In this document: positions 11,201 to 24,782 of the stretch, in pieces
Position numbering within the stretch: the stretch's first letter is position 1
Layout of the letters: every line of letters begins with the position of its first letter
Assembly: GCA_002189035.1 (NCBI GenBank)
Contig: NEEC01000004.1
Location: 930,001-994,000, forward strand
Direction: 5' to 3'
Length of the DNA: 64,000 nt
Source: Utricularia gibba
Lineage: Eukaryota > Plantae > Magnoliophyta
Notes under the pieces: model-generated
Databases searched by the model: none
What the model saw: the letters and a program-made list of their open reading frames with translations, nothing else
What the model was told of the DNA's origin: nothing
Translations under genes and position numbers: made by a program

Positions 11201-14200
11201 TTAGAGCAACAGCTTCTTGGTATGCAACTTCAATTTTGCTACAGAAACAACAAGATTGTAAGATTAAAAATCTGATTCCTGTTCCAATTAGCACCAGCAT
11301 GCATCTGGAACAAAAGACCAAGAAAGCCTCTCACATTCTAAATATCTATTAAGTGGAATCATCAATGGAACACCAGCTAATTAGCATTCATCATATCACA
11401 CCATTGTGCACAAATTTTCATCTTTTATGTTCTTGTTAGTCTGATACTAGTAGTATAATCAATCTAAGCTATTTGAAACTGCCACTGAATCTCCCTGTGC
11501 CATTGCTACCTCTGAAATTAGGTTTAATAGCATCTCTCTCTACTCTTTCCATTTTTCAGATGTCCATATCCTAAATTTCCTACTGGATGTAGCATCTGTC
11601 TTCGAGAAAAGGCTAGATGTTCCTGAACAAACACTTTAAACAGTTTACCTGAATATATGTGCTAAAATAAATATTTCAATAGTATGCCGGCCCAACTCCG
11701 TAAGCCGTCTCTCATCCCTCTGAATATAGTCCTTGTTAAGCTCCTCTCCAGCAGCTCCATCCTAAGGAATAAACGAATTTGCAATATAGATCATGTAATA
11801 ATAGGAAAATAATCACTATCACAGTTATCTTTAGAATCACTTCCTATAAGCAGGAAGTACTAGATTTCTACTGGTTGGATATATTTAACCATTTAATAAT
11901 CTATCAAAATAATCAAAAATACGTCCCAGTTCTCAGCATATATCAACATTTCAGAATTTTTCAGTCAGAATTTGGGTAAAAATAATTGTAGTAGCCTTAT
12001 GGCACCAGAATATTCATAATATTCAGGGCAAATAGTAGCATACAACATATTGATGCTACTTTTCTTACTTTCGTACGATTTTGGGGGCCCTTCTCATCCC
12101 TTGGAGGCAATGGTTCTATTGTAGCTCTCTCAAGCAGCGGCAGCACATCATCAACTAATACAAACATGTCTTTCTCCACTCTAATAATAGGCACGGATGA
12201 ACCTTCGGAGTCCAAATACCTGCTCTTGTTTTTCTTCTCTTTATAAGGGTATTCTAAAGCCTTTAAACCACTATACAATGAATCCATGACAAGAGTAGAT
12301 GTGACCTCCTTTTCTATAAAAAAATGCTTCACAACTAGTTTAAGAATCGAATCAGTTTTCTCTTGGGACATGTGATGCCTGGAACGGTAGTCCAGACTTA
12401 GCCAGAATGCAGAGAAGCTGAAAAGTCATTCCAGCATTGAATATTAGAAACGAAAAAGCTACAAAACTTTGAAAAATTAAGGTCATATAGCTCATAGATA
12501 CATAGATAAAGCATATACTGACTAAGTAAATTACCTAGGAACTCAAAACCATACGAAGCTAACCGAATCGTAGGAAAAAAGAAAGTTAAAACATTTGACG
12601 CTTCCTTTAAAGAATCAAGAATAAAAAACCACATATCAGGCATATGAACTCTTACCTAGACCATCTAGCTTTATCCTCTATCAACTTCACTAGTTTGTTT
12701 CTTCTCTCTTCTACAAATCTCCTGCAACTTTGCTCCACATTTGTTAAATATACTCTTATTAGCTCCCTCCTATACTGACAGTCAAGACATCGGAATGGCC
12801 GATCAGATCTCTCCCTGAAAATAGACAGGTAAGTTCTACATTGTGGGATTATAATAAAAAACGAATGCAGTCTGTCTTCCAGGGCTAGCAGATAGATAAA
12901 AATTCATGAGTCTAAAAAAGCATATACTTGAAACAAATTCATACGCCCATCTAATTTGGTGCACAAAAGGTATTCATGCTTTTCTCAGTCTCCTTCATAA
13001 TAACTAATCCGGTCAATGATCTGTGGCCCATATCACCTACATATAATCTTGCACGCTCACATCTACGTATTTAGTAGATGCATATGCCCATACACTATGG
13101 CATTTCTTTACAAATTGTGCTAAACTACACTTACCTAATAACTTGAACTTGAGCTTTAATAATCAATGTATCAGAATCAATAAATCCATCAAAGACTTTT
13201 GAGAGTTCCATGAATTTCTTCCACCCCCAGTCATGCTCTTTTTTCCAAAATCGGTGCAGAGTGTCTGCATGTTCACGAGAACACCTCAAGTTTTAAGAAA
13301 TAGTGGAACCCATAAACAGTGAGGTGACACAACCAACCAGAGTACTTTGACTTTTTGGGATCTTTGTTGACCACTGCTATGGTAAACTGTGCAAAATGAC
13401 TCCAGCCTGCTCACATGATAGAAACGAAAACAACAAGGATAAGCATTTTTCCCATTGGGCACTCATAACTTATAAGAAGGAAAAACTAGAGCATGGATGG
13501 CCATCATACCTGGAAGAAGCTTGTCATGATTAGCGACACAAAGAAACAGAGACAAATGATTACAAACATCACAGCCTTGTGGGTAGATTAAAATATACCT
13601 GTAATCAGAAGCTTGCCATGGTCAGTCACTAAAAAAACATGATGAATGAGCAAGAGTGGTGATGAAACAAATTCATGGACTTCACAAAATAGATAAATAA
13701 GTACATATTATCTGAAACAGAAAAGTCGAAAAGCATAGTTTTTGAAGTTGGAATACCTCCTTCAAGATGGTAAGGAAAATTTTATACAACTGAGGGCACA
13801 CCTAGAGTTCGTTTCCAACCATACCATTTATAACCTCCAACCTCAAATGGATTACTGCGAAGTTCTCTTTTGTTTATTTGGGAAAACTTATCGATTTTCC
13901 ACGTGTACTTTCCATATAGCTCGAGAGGCTTAGGCCCTGAATGACAGTGTATCAAAAAAATAACAGTAAACAGATGCAGAATGATACTCCAATCAGTTTT
14001 GAGGGATTAGCAAATCCTGCACAGAAAGTCTGATACTCAATGATAAGGCATAAAATGGCGGACCTGCATCTTCTTCATCATCGCTGTCCCAGTACGGAGG
14101 TGATGTTGATGGAATACCATTCTCAAGCTGTTCCGAAGACCTCCACTCTGCCAATGCTTCACCTGATAGGCATTGAGGCTGCTGGTCGCTTAAACCCCCA

Positions 14201-14250
14201 TCTACTGAACTGCCCACCCCTCCTAACACTTCATTCGACACTGCAGCCAT
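8217..14250 (-). CDS. TRAF1: MATH/TRAF-domain protein, TRAF1a/b (At5g43560/At1g04300) type
   Basis: GEALAEWRSSEQLENGIPSTSPPYWDSD, MATH exons (YTWKIDKFSQINKRELRS; YILIYPQGCDVCNHLSLFLCVANHDKLLPGW; HRFWKKEHDWGWKKFMEL), KHFFIEKEVTSTLVMDSLY, coiled coil KKQEELIREEEAAWLAE, and late motif DEFPHLDIINDLLED. Confidence 0.93.
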
Positions 14251-14942
14251 GTTCCAGTGGTCGTCAACTCCAAGCGCACCCCACTAGTTCACCTGTTTCA
14301 ATATAAATTTAAAGCAATTATCACTGCCGATGCACAAAAACTATCTTTTGACGCACACAAAACATATGCACAAAAACTACTAATCTCTTCAGTATAATCA
14401 ATTATCAATCCTTTTCAAAACCGATTGAAGACCCTCAGTTCCACCCCTCCACATTGGCCCAGTATTAAAGTCAGACCAAAACCTTCATCAGAAGCCGAAC
14501 AAGTTCCGGATTTCTCAACCACAACTGAAAATCAAACAGTTTCCTCAACGTAACCACAATACAATCACAAGGGCAGACCGAACATCATCCATATCCAATA
14601 TACCCCACTACCCTGTACCAGAAAAACCCTAGCACAAAAGAATCAGCACAACAAAAAGGTTGAAACTTTGTGGCATAACTGAGCAGGCAGAAGCGGAAAA
14701 GAATACCATGTGCAGGAGAAGAAGAAGCTGTAAAGGCATAGGGATTAGCGAGCTCTGACGTTTATGCAAAATAATTAAACTTTCCCGGGTCCTCGTATCC
14801 GGGTCAACCCGCTTCATGACAAGTTAAAGTAAACTCCATATTTTTTGTTTTTTTTATTTTCATAAATCTTGGTAATATATTAATTATTTTGTGTTATTAT
14901 TGTAAAATATTGGCATTTAAAAATAAGCACATTGCCACGTGT

Positions 14943-17770
14943 TCAAATGACATGCAACAAAGCAAATGATCCGGCGACCACAACCACCGCAGAGATGACG
15001 GCGGACAGACCGGTGATGTACGGCGAAACCCTGCCCTTATCCGCCCTCAGAAACATTCCATCGAACAGGTGATGGTTCGCCAGTATTCCAAACAAGGGGA
15101 TCACCGCTTGCGCCCCAGTTCATTCCACCTCCCCGTCTGAAACATCTGCGCCGTCCCGACGACGAACGCGGCGAAGTTGATGATGTATAGGCTGCACATT
15201 GGGGCAAGCAGTTGAGGAGAAGACTGGAAGTCGTAGATCCCCTCCTGGTACCGCGTCACTTGCTCCTCATCCATGACTTTGTTGGTCAAGGAGAAGTTGG
15301 CTTCCTTGAGGCCGAATAGGTTCGAAATGGCGTTAACAATGGCGTATGGGTAGCAGGACACAGACTTCATCATCCACATTCTCAGTTCATATACCGCCGT
15401 TGCTAGTGGATCGCCATAGGACACAACTTCCTGTATGTGCTTCAGTTGAGACGAGGCGAAGGCGAATGCGAACACGTAGAAGAAGGGGCTCGAGACCTCG
15501 CAAAATGAGAACGCACATGTAATTTAGCAAGCAGTTCAGGGAGTAGAGTGCCAGATGATTCTAGCTCTTACATCGGGATACAGAGGGACGCCGTGAAGCA
15601 GGCAGATCTGCGGGACGACGCCTAAGACGGCGAAGGATACGAAGTAGAGGGAATCCATTGTCATTGCTCCATAGATCATGCTCAGAAAGATGGACATTCT
15701 GGAGGGTCCATAGAGCAGAGGACTGTACTTGGAAAGAGCTATTGTGAGAAGGCCATGAGCCCATCTGGTCTGCTGAACAAGTGTGTCATTCAAGTTCGTG
15801 GGGCATGTTCCCAGATAACATGCCCTTGGAGGGTCAATCAGCACTGACCTCCATCCCTTGGAATGCAGAAAAAGGCTTTTCATTGCGTCTTCAACCAACG
15901 AACCGTAAGGCACTCCGATCTGTATTCCCACTTTCGATAAGTGAAGATTAAGGTGTCATTTTGATGGAAGAATGAACCACCCACCTACCTCAGTTCCCCA
16001 GTCTGTTCCAGTTTCATATGTGCAAGAAGCTAGAAGATGAATCTCTTCCTTCACTGCATCTGAAACCTTTCCATCTTCCCTGGATACATTTGGTTCGTAA
16101 CTCTCAAAGGTTGATTTGATCAGCTCGATACTTGAGCCGAACATCTTCTTCAGCTGGCTGAGATCTGCATGCACAACACAGAGCAGACAGCATGATGAAG
16201 AACCATCAACCTTAATTCCATCTAGCTAACACATGCATCTATCTTATCTACTACCATTGGGAACTCCTTCCACCCGTAGGATGCTTCTCTTCTCATGTAG
16301 AAGTTACAGCCAGCTATCCCCGGACCTTGAAGCCCATCTAGGCCATCCCATTCTCTCTGCATCGAGGATCAACAGTTATGCAACAACTAGACAGAAGAAA
16401 ATGGAAAGGGCAAAGAGTTACTGTAGTGTATAAACGAGAAACACACCAAATAGTACCGAATGCCACCATCATACAAGTCATGCTTCCCTATGTTATGGAA
16501 ACGCTGGGGAAATTGAACAAACGCTAGCTTTTCGGATGTCTTGGGGTCGAAATAGAAGCACATCGCTTGGCGGGTGGATGTTGGATCGTTGCAGTAATGG
16601 TCACAGTCTAAGACAGAGAAATATGGAGCATTACTTATGATAGCTGATACTCGAAGCTGCAAACAGCAGTAGAAGATAAAAATGATCAGTTTCTGGTACA
16701 CGAACAATGAAGATGAAATTTGTGGTGAACGCTTTCTTACAAGAGAGTTGATTGATCCAGCTTTGAAATGGTGCGGCTGAGAAGGCCTTTTCTCTCTAGC
16801 CATGTACACAAGAAGAGGCATGCCTTTCTGACTTGCGAAGTCATCATCATTTATCACCTGCTCCAGCAGAAACTTTGTGTATCACAGAAGAGAGGCTTGT
16901 GCTTTTATTTTCTACTTCAAATTGTTTCTATACTAAGGTAATAAATGTTTATGAACTCGGCAACCAGGGAAGAAACAGCGGAAAATGTGTACCTCCACAA
17001 TTGGGGGATGATCTTTGCTCCCAGAATTTCCAATGGTTTCACCGTTCTCCTCCAATTTTTTCTTGAATTCGGTGTACGCTCTCTGCAACCAAGTAACAGT
17101 TAGAGAGCAGAAACGGAAAGCCATTTTGCTGTTGATAAGAAATCACCTCAATGTCTTTCCTCTGCGCCGCAAAACCATTGCTTTCAAGCAGCCCCTGAGC
17201 AGAGCTCTCCACGCCGGAAAAATAAGCTTCCGGGCACCTAGTTTTGACTTCGTACTTCCGGCAAAAGGGGGTCCAGACTTTAGCAAACTTCCAAGACTCC
17301 CTCATAGCAGCGAGGGTCACAGGCGCACCGCCGTCGTCGGAGAGATAAACCGCAAGTTTCTGAGGTGGGTAATCCAGAGCCATAGCGGAAATCACAGTAT
17401 TCATCACCCCAATCGACGGCTCCTTCCCCGGATCCGCTGTACAGATAAAAATATCCACCGCCGGGAGCCTCTCATCCGGCGGCAGCCTCTCAGGAAAGAC
17501 CACCCTTTTCACCGGGCGCCATCTGGAGGGTTGGTGAAGGAGCCATAGAAACGCGAGAATGAACTCAGCGACGAACACGAGAATATAAGGCAAGACCACC
17601 CCTTCCCCGGAACGAAGCAAGCGAATCAAACCCATGATTCTGTAGTACAAAAGAGCAAGAATTGCAGCTCCATGGATGAAGATATGGAGCCTATTAGCAA
17701 TGGTTTCAGTGACCTTGAGCTTGCAATCCTGCATGGGTAGTGAGATCATGTTGTGTCCTGACTCAGGCAT
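14943..17770 (-). CDS. CSLG: Cellulose synthase-like G (GT2), one clear and one probable 1-nt frameshift
   Basis: VDIFICTADPGKEP, ALDYP..LAVYLSDDGG, LLVYMAREKRPS.PHHFKAG, DCDHY, FVQFPQRF, YGSLVED and QQTRWAHG (QxxRW). Adding one G at 15113-15116 restores WNELGAQAV...DGMFLRADKGRV to a stop at 14943. A further +1 G at 16273-16275 is probably needed to keep exon phase. Confidence 0.9.
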
Positions 17771-19172
17771 GGCTCCTGATCGCATTTCAGAATCAAGAGC
17801 CAACAAAATCAAATCCAAAGCGCACTGAAGGAGACAAGTGTGATAGTTTTCTTCTTACTGTATTTTATATCAACTGGTTTCAATCAATCCAACTGCCCAT
17901 TGACCAATATTTATTGCACCATATTTTATCTTCTGCAGAAAATGATAAATTAAAATTAAATACCTTATCAATATTTGAATCAAGCACGTGTATAGGTTTG
18001 ATTATTTGCACTTATCTAAAAAAAAAAAAAAATCTCGTTGGAGTGTGTGGAGATCCATCCACGTGGCAGCCACTGGACAGGATGGCCAATAGTAGGTCAA
18101 ATTTTCAACCTAAAACAACATATTTAATCATAGATAATATTTGGTTTTTTTGGAGGTTTTTACTATCATTCAAATGTCTCCCAAAAAAAAACCACATGCT
18201 TCATTATAAATCAAACATTTTTTTTTTCAAAACACATAATGAACATACCGTCAACAAAATACAAGATTGGTGTTAGTGTAAGGTGCAAACCTAATTTGAA
18301 GTATGGAGTTTGCCCTAATCCCTGTGATGATCAAATGGGTCTAAGTGTCCAGGGCTCGTGATTTTAGAAAGCCCTGCGACCTGAGAAAATGAAAAGGGAG
18401 AAGAACCATAAATGGAATGAGAAAAGCGGAGGAGTTCATTGGTCACCAGTCATTCAAAAAATCTCAGCTAAAAACAGCACAATCTTCTTTACATTTTGCT
18501 GCTGTCTCTGAGAACTTACTCTGAAAACTTCCATGGGAAAATGGTAAACCAAATCTTGTTCATGTTTTCTTTTTCTCCAGGTCTCTGCCATGGAGTTGCT
18601 GCTGCTCACCGGCAATCATTGCCTTCGTTTTAAGAAAGATGCCTTCTCTTACAGTGGAAGGCTTGATCATTGCATTGTGCAAGTGGCGCCGGAGACATGT
18701 AAAATAAACACACAGACACATGGGGGTGAGTGACTGAGGATGCAACATGTAGAGGGAGTGAATGACTACTGGGGCAACTGATTTGTTCAAAGCTTTCATA
18801 ATGTGAAATAACTCTTTGCCAAGTATACCCGAACGAGACACAGAAAACCGTAGTGCTGATCTGGTTTCTGGGGTTTCACATGAAATAAAAGGTTGACATG
18901 AGAATGACAAGAGGAATAAGGAAGATCAAGTAATGGGTTTCCTGAACTGGAAAGTGATGGGCAGAACGAGGCTCCAAAACAAGTAATGTAATCGTAGTGG
19001 ACAAACCTAGGGAACAAGCACAGCTTAGTTGAATCCTCCTTGTTCGGGTCACAATAATAAAGGCTTTTCAATTTCCTCTACTCTCTTTCACTCACTTCAC
19101 ACACCTGTGTGCCTCCATATCTTCATCATTCATCTCAGTTTTCAATCCCCAACCTTCTTCTTGGTTGTAGGG

Positions 19173-19709
19173 ATGGAGAAGGCGAGGATCGTTCGGGGAC
19201 GAAGCGGGGAGGTGGGGGGGTCGCTGGATCTCTTCAAGCTGAAGAATTGCTGGAGTGGGCCTTTCCAGGAAGGAGGTATGTTTTCATGGCCGCCAAGAAG
19301 TTACACCTGCAGCTTCTGCAGGAGGGAGTTCAGGTCTGCTCAAGCACTGGGTGGTCACATGAACGTGCACCGCCGCGATCGTGCTCGACTGCGCCTCTCC
19401 CCGGCGAAGGACGACGGTGAACTCTCTGTGCTGCATCCAAAAATTGAAACTTTAAACTCAAACCCTAGTTTCTTGAACTCTTCTGCGTTCAAGCTGAATC
19501 ACATGAGTGAGGAGGGGAAGGGTGTTGTCGTTGAGAAACATCATGTTGGGGAACTGGGAGATGGTTTGGTGAAGATGAAGGGAGCGAAGGGGTTGTTCTT
19601 GCTTAAGAAAGTTGATCTATGGGAAGATGAAAAAGACTGTGAAGGGGTGGATCAAAACCAGGAGTTGGATTTAGAGCTCAGGCTTGGATTCAGCAGCTAC
19701 ATGAAATGA
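19173..19709 (+). CDS. Single C2H2 zinc finger with C-terminal EAR motif (SUPERMAN/ZFP10-11-like)
   Basis: Intronless ORF with [30 protein letters not shown] and terminal LDLELRLG. Confidence 0.93.
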   Translation: MEKARIVRGRSGEVGGSLDLFKLKNCWSGPFQEGGMFSWPPRSYTCSFCRREFRSAQALGGHMNVHRRDRARLRLSPAKDDGELSVLHPKIETLNSNPSFLNSSAFKLNHMSEEGKGVVVEKHHVGELGDGLVKMKGAKGLFLLKKVDLWEDEKDCEGVDQNQELDLELRLGFSSYMK

Positions 19710-20020
19710 GATTTTGCATCTTTTTATACCCACTTGGGTGTTTTGTGGTCCTTCTTGTTGATCCAGGAGCTCATTCAAAAAATCAAATGCTAGTATGCTT
19801 AGAAGATTACTGCATGTTTGCTTTATTTCACAAAAACACAACACAGTAGCAATTTCAAGACTTGTCAACAGCCTCTAGCATAACTCACTGGGAAACCGAA
19901 GATCGGCTCTGTGTTTCCACTTCCATCCGCACAACTCTGAACGAGTAGATCCGAGCATAATATGTTGCTTTGATCTTTAGAGTCAAGATCAATAAATCCC
20001 TAAAAAAAACAACCAATTAA

Positions 20021-20283
20021 TTATCCAAACGGCATCTCCGGCGACTCAAACCCGGATCGCGCCGCAGGATGCTGCCACTTGTGGATAACCAGAGGCGACG
20101 ACGGCGTCGACTTATCCTTCTCCGGAATTGTGGCGAACTTTTCTCGGTTGAACCTGACGTCGAAAATAGCGACTGGATCATCGGCGACAACAGCGGAATC
20201 GAGGCATAAGTGATCTGAATCGACGCCGGCGGCCTCCGCTGCAACATACTCCGCTGACGATTCACCAATGCGGAAGATTCCAA
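20021..20283 (-). CDS. Small Pro/Ser-rich MAPK-substrate-like protein (PRP/PH, At4g14450/At1g04330 family), split by a 1-nt frameshift
   Basis: The N-half LQRRPPASIQI...IPLLSP and the C-half KWQHPA...FESP lie in two different ORF-track frames. One extra A near 20139-20142 joins them. A TATA-like TATATAA lies at about 20352-20360. The first ATG is at 20247; 20283 is a TTG. Confidence 0.7.
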
Positions 20284-20586
20284 ATGAAGTTTCCTTCTCG
20301 AGATATTGATTTTTGGTGCGGGAGGGGGAATCGACGACTGGCAATTTGGGAATTATATATAAAATGAAGGGCATGAGGCATATGGATCGAAAAGGAAACG
20401 CCCGTCAAAAGTCCGTTACAAGGAAGGAGAGCCGTTTCTCTCGGCTCGGCTTCGATTTCGAGCCAGCAGAAAAGAGATCGGCTGCTCGGATCGGAAAATC
20501 CACAATGGAAAAGCCGATGGGCCTGCCAATGAATTCCCAGGCGGCGCACTGCAACGGTAGTCGGCGAAATCCCATGGGTCGTCGTG

Positions 20587-23500
20587 CTAATTGTTCATGT
20601 AGCACATAGCCTGAGCTTGAAGAAAATAGGAGTCCTTGTACTTCCGCCCGCTGTCTACATGAATCCCATTGTTGATCCAATCGTCGCGATGGATCCACGC
20701 ATCTCGAGTGAAATCCAGGATTCCCAGGATCTGAAATGCATGGCATTTTAGGCACCTGCAACTTGAGTGAACTGAAGAAGATGAAACTTACTGCTCCTCC
20801 TTTCCATGAAACGTGGGCTGGATTGGTTCTGGACTGGAGCACCTGTTGTGTGACAGAGTTTCAGTGGAAGTTGGCGAACCACCTCGAAATCGAGTTGAGC
20901 AACATGGAATCTGACTAATCAGCATCACAAAATATTACCTCTACGGTATCGATGGCCTCATGAGACGGAATGGCATGCAACACCCTGTAGATGCAGGAGT
21001 AAAACCATGGTGCAGCAGAGCCAGTCATCAGTAGATAGAGTTCATGGAAGGAGGATAGAGATCAAACCTGTCTTCAACTGCAGTGACCAGACCCTGTGTT
21101 AAAGCAACTCCACCGATCTGAGGAATGGAATGAGTTCATGTATTCAGACCGCAGGACGAGAAAAGCCCGAGTCCAAGGGCATTATCTGAGCATAAGTCAC
21201 TCACCAGTTGTATGCTGCAGAACAACTTCCTCTGTAACTCAATACGACGAGTTGAAAGGATGCTCTCTGTTATTGCGTCAGCAAGACCGATGCTTTCCTG
21301 TTTCCTGGGCCTCGATTGGTATATAGGATAGTTATCCCACATCGGAAAAAATCCACCAGCAGTAGTATAATAGCCATCTGGCATGTCCGGCCTTCTGGAG
21401 AAGTCAGATGTATCTTCCAGCATATCCTCATTGTCACTGAACCTGTGAAAGCATGCTAATACTCGGAGACCAGCATGAAGAATAAGCGGTACACTCTGAA
21501 CAACAACAGAACAACAGAACTCACCATGTCCGGGGCGGTTGAGGATAAACATCTGGAGTCAACAGGTTAGGGTAAAACAATCCCATCGGAGGAACCTGAC
21601 ATGAATCTTCATTAAATGAAAGATGATCAAAGTAAACAGTAGTTTCAGTATCAGGCATAATCTAGCGCATGAAATAAAGCAAAATTTATTGATGCAGCCA
21701 AACTTCTTGAAATACTGTATCTGTTCTTACATTGAGTGCAACAAGTTTTGCCCGGTGTGAACTTGGAGCAGCACCATCTTCGTATGAGTGTACCATGGAA
21801 ACTGTTTCAACTTCTCCTTCCTGGACATTGATTACATATATGCACAGACGAGGTCACAAGTACTCAAAATGTACAGAGGAAGAAAATACAATGTATGAAA
21901 CCGTGAGGTGCATGATTTGGTGGACTCACTCTGATAAGGCAGTGCGACTCTTTAAGCCTGTTGAGCATCAATAGGTCTATTGGCTTGGTGATAGGATCCG
22001 TGCGAATCTGTGGCCATGTGTTGTGATGCCTTTGTGTCCAGAGAAGACATCTGGAAATATCCTGTAGCATGATGTTCATGCCTATTAAGCGACACCATCA
22101 AGATTTCTAGTTCACAGACTAGTGAGTCTTGATTACCAAGATCAGTTGAAATAAAACTTTGGCAATTTGTTAAACTCTAAATCCACACAATAAATGCACT
22201 CAATTCATCTAGTTAGAAGAAATAAAGAAAAAAAAAACAGTATAAGATATTATATGTCCTATTCTATTGGGATTCTTGAAGGTCACCTCACCACCATACC
22301 GAAGTGAAATTTGTGTAGCGGGAAGAGCAGCCCCATCCTAAGAAATCCACAGAAGATTATAAGATGAGGATTAAGCTGGCTTACTCTATTATTTGACTGG
22401 AGAAAGCATGAATCTGGGTTCTCCTTTATCAAAAGAGATACATAAGGATTACCGCAGTCCAGAGGAAAGGACATTTGTAACAAGAGAGAATCTAATGTTA
22501 ATGAAGTGATTCATGTAAAGAGAGAACACCTCAACGCAGATTACTGAGGTCACTTGAGCCCCAATATTCACAACGCACGCAGTTGATAAGCCATTTCCAA
22601 AAACTGCAGCAAGCCCTTCCTGCACTCCTTGAACGAAGAGGCAATGAAATAAGCAAGGAAATGGATTGCAGTTTGATTATGAACAAATCTGAAGTACACG
22701 CAAAAACTTCCTCAAACGATAAGGGTTAAAACTGGTAACATCTTTGTATTTCTATCTTCAACCTTTAACGAGTTTGAATCATAAGAGCACAACATAAAAA
22801 AAAAAAAAAGAACTACCTGGTGAACCACTGCTGTGCTGAAGCACAAATCTCTTAGCATAACTGATAGTAGTTCTTTAATTTCTGCATCCAATATGCTTTG
22901 ATTAACAGAAAAGTCCATGGCAGTGACACCACGCTGGAGTTTTGTTGGAAGAGAAAACAGTACCTCGATTATCAAAGGTCTCAGGGACAACAAGAACAGC
23001 AGAATACATGTGTCTTTCACTATGTGGAATGTGCAGTTTTTCAACCAGAATCCAATCCCAGATGGCATGGATATCTTCAATGACCTAAAAAATTACTACA
23101 AATCACTTTAAACAGATAAATCATGATGATATCCGATTCAAAAACTCTGCCAATGAGATACCATAAAAACAAGATTAACAGCATCCACAGAAGAGCACCT
23201 GCTGAAAAGGATAATGCAGAGAGATGTTGAAATGACCCCTTCGGATGGGTCGGCACAAGCAATATGGGTCAGCGGATGATACTCTGAGAGCTTCATCCCC
23301 AAAGATGGACTCCCTGTACCTGGGTTCAGATACAGTAGATCCCTGATCCCCGGCATCATCTTCCTTAGGGATTGAAGATTCTCCTGATTTCAGTGCAATT
23401 CATTTACAAAACAAGACAGGCAGCAACTATGATGTTTTTCTTGTTCAGGAGTTAAAAATTCTCCCAGAAAAGAGCATCCCCTGAGCAGAAATCAAAGTAT

Positions 23501-24469
23501 GGACGAACTAAAAGTGACCCTCCATGTATAAGGGTACAAAGACGACTAATGTATACGGTTACACACCTTCTAATGAAGATGTGGAGGCGCAGTTCTCAAA
23601 CACGTTGGTCCAGGGAATAACTGTTTCCTTCTTTACATTATTTTGAGGGGCAATTGCATCCAATCGACCCATCTGCAATATACACGTCCTTAAAATATAT
23701 ATTGACTGAAAAAACATTTCAAGCTCAGTTCAATCCTTTCTGATCATATATACACGGCATAACCTTTTGCGGATATTGATTTTCCTCCACTTCCTCTTCC
23801 AACTGCTTGATCTTTAATAGAGAAGAAATCTGAAAATATGATGAGAAAATTAGATCACTTAACAATCTGAAGGAGCAGCTAACAAACACAACAAATAATA
23901 AAGAAGATTAGCACGAACAACGTCATATGCTCTTTCACGCTCCAAGTACTGCGCTGTGGAAACCTTAGAATTAAGAATCTGCACGATTCGATATCATCAT
24001 TGAAAAAGAAAAAAAAAGCCCTGAATCTGTAACCTAGACTAAACAGTTGAAATGAAAGTCTCATAGTTTCTGCAAATCCCAAACACGAAACCTGGTCTTG
24101 AACATCCATTTTAGGCACCCGATCCGTTCGTCGAGCAATACAATGCGGAATACAAACAGGTACATCCTGTTGTGCAAGTCCTATTCTCACATTTGCGGAC
24201 CCTAGATAACTCAAACATCACAAAATGTAAGCAAGACTGAATTTTCAAAACAAACCCGGAAGTTAATTGAAGTCACACTTCAAAGATACAGACGAATTTA
24301 CGCAATTCTTTCTGCATCACATACCCGGGTTGATGACCACGAGGTTAGAGCCACGTTCGGCGAGGAGTTGAGAAGGAACAACAGTTTTAAGATAATCCTG
24401 TTCAAACAGCCGAAGGCGCTCAGAGTATTCCGAGATAATTAATGTCACCAAATGCAGAGCACTCACCAT
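20587..24469 (-). CDS. ARP9: Nuclear actin-related protein 9 (ARP8-like INO80 subunit)
   Basis: ATG-only first exon (24467-24469, donor GTGAGT), then DYLKTVVPSQLLAERGSNLVVINP-GSANVRIG. Later SIGLADAITESIL..RIELQRKLFCSIQL-IGGVALTQGL, VSWKGGA-ILGILDFTRDAWI and KYKDSYFLQAQAMCYMNN*. Confidence 0.92.
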
Positions 24470-24782
24470 GGCACCACCGCCCTGAAGCTCGGAGCTCGGA
24501 AGTACGCCAAGAGGGCACTGTGCTGTGTGCTTTGTTTTCTTTATTATATATTAATATATTCTAATACAAATCACTTCAGTATCAATTTTCTCCAAAAAAA
24601 AAAAGGCAATAAATTTGGAAGTGTATTACAATACCACTTTTTGAAATGTTTCCAGATTTAAGAAGAGGACGATGGATAGGTAAGCACCCTTTTTATGGCA
24701 AGTGGAGAGGTGACTGTAGCTGTCTGCTGACTTGCGGATAAGGTAATCTTCCGGCAGCTTCTTCACACCGGCAAGGTTGAAG

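Noticed and set aside
17015-18276. Plus-strand ORFs of 177 and 178 aa
   Set aside because: One is an antisense shadow of GC-rich CslG exon 1, and the other is read-through of its AT-rich promoter. Neither has recognisable motifs.
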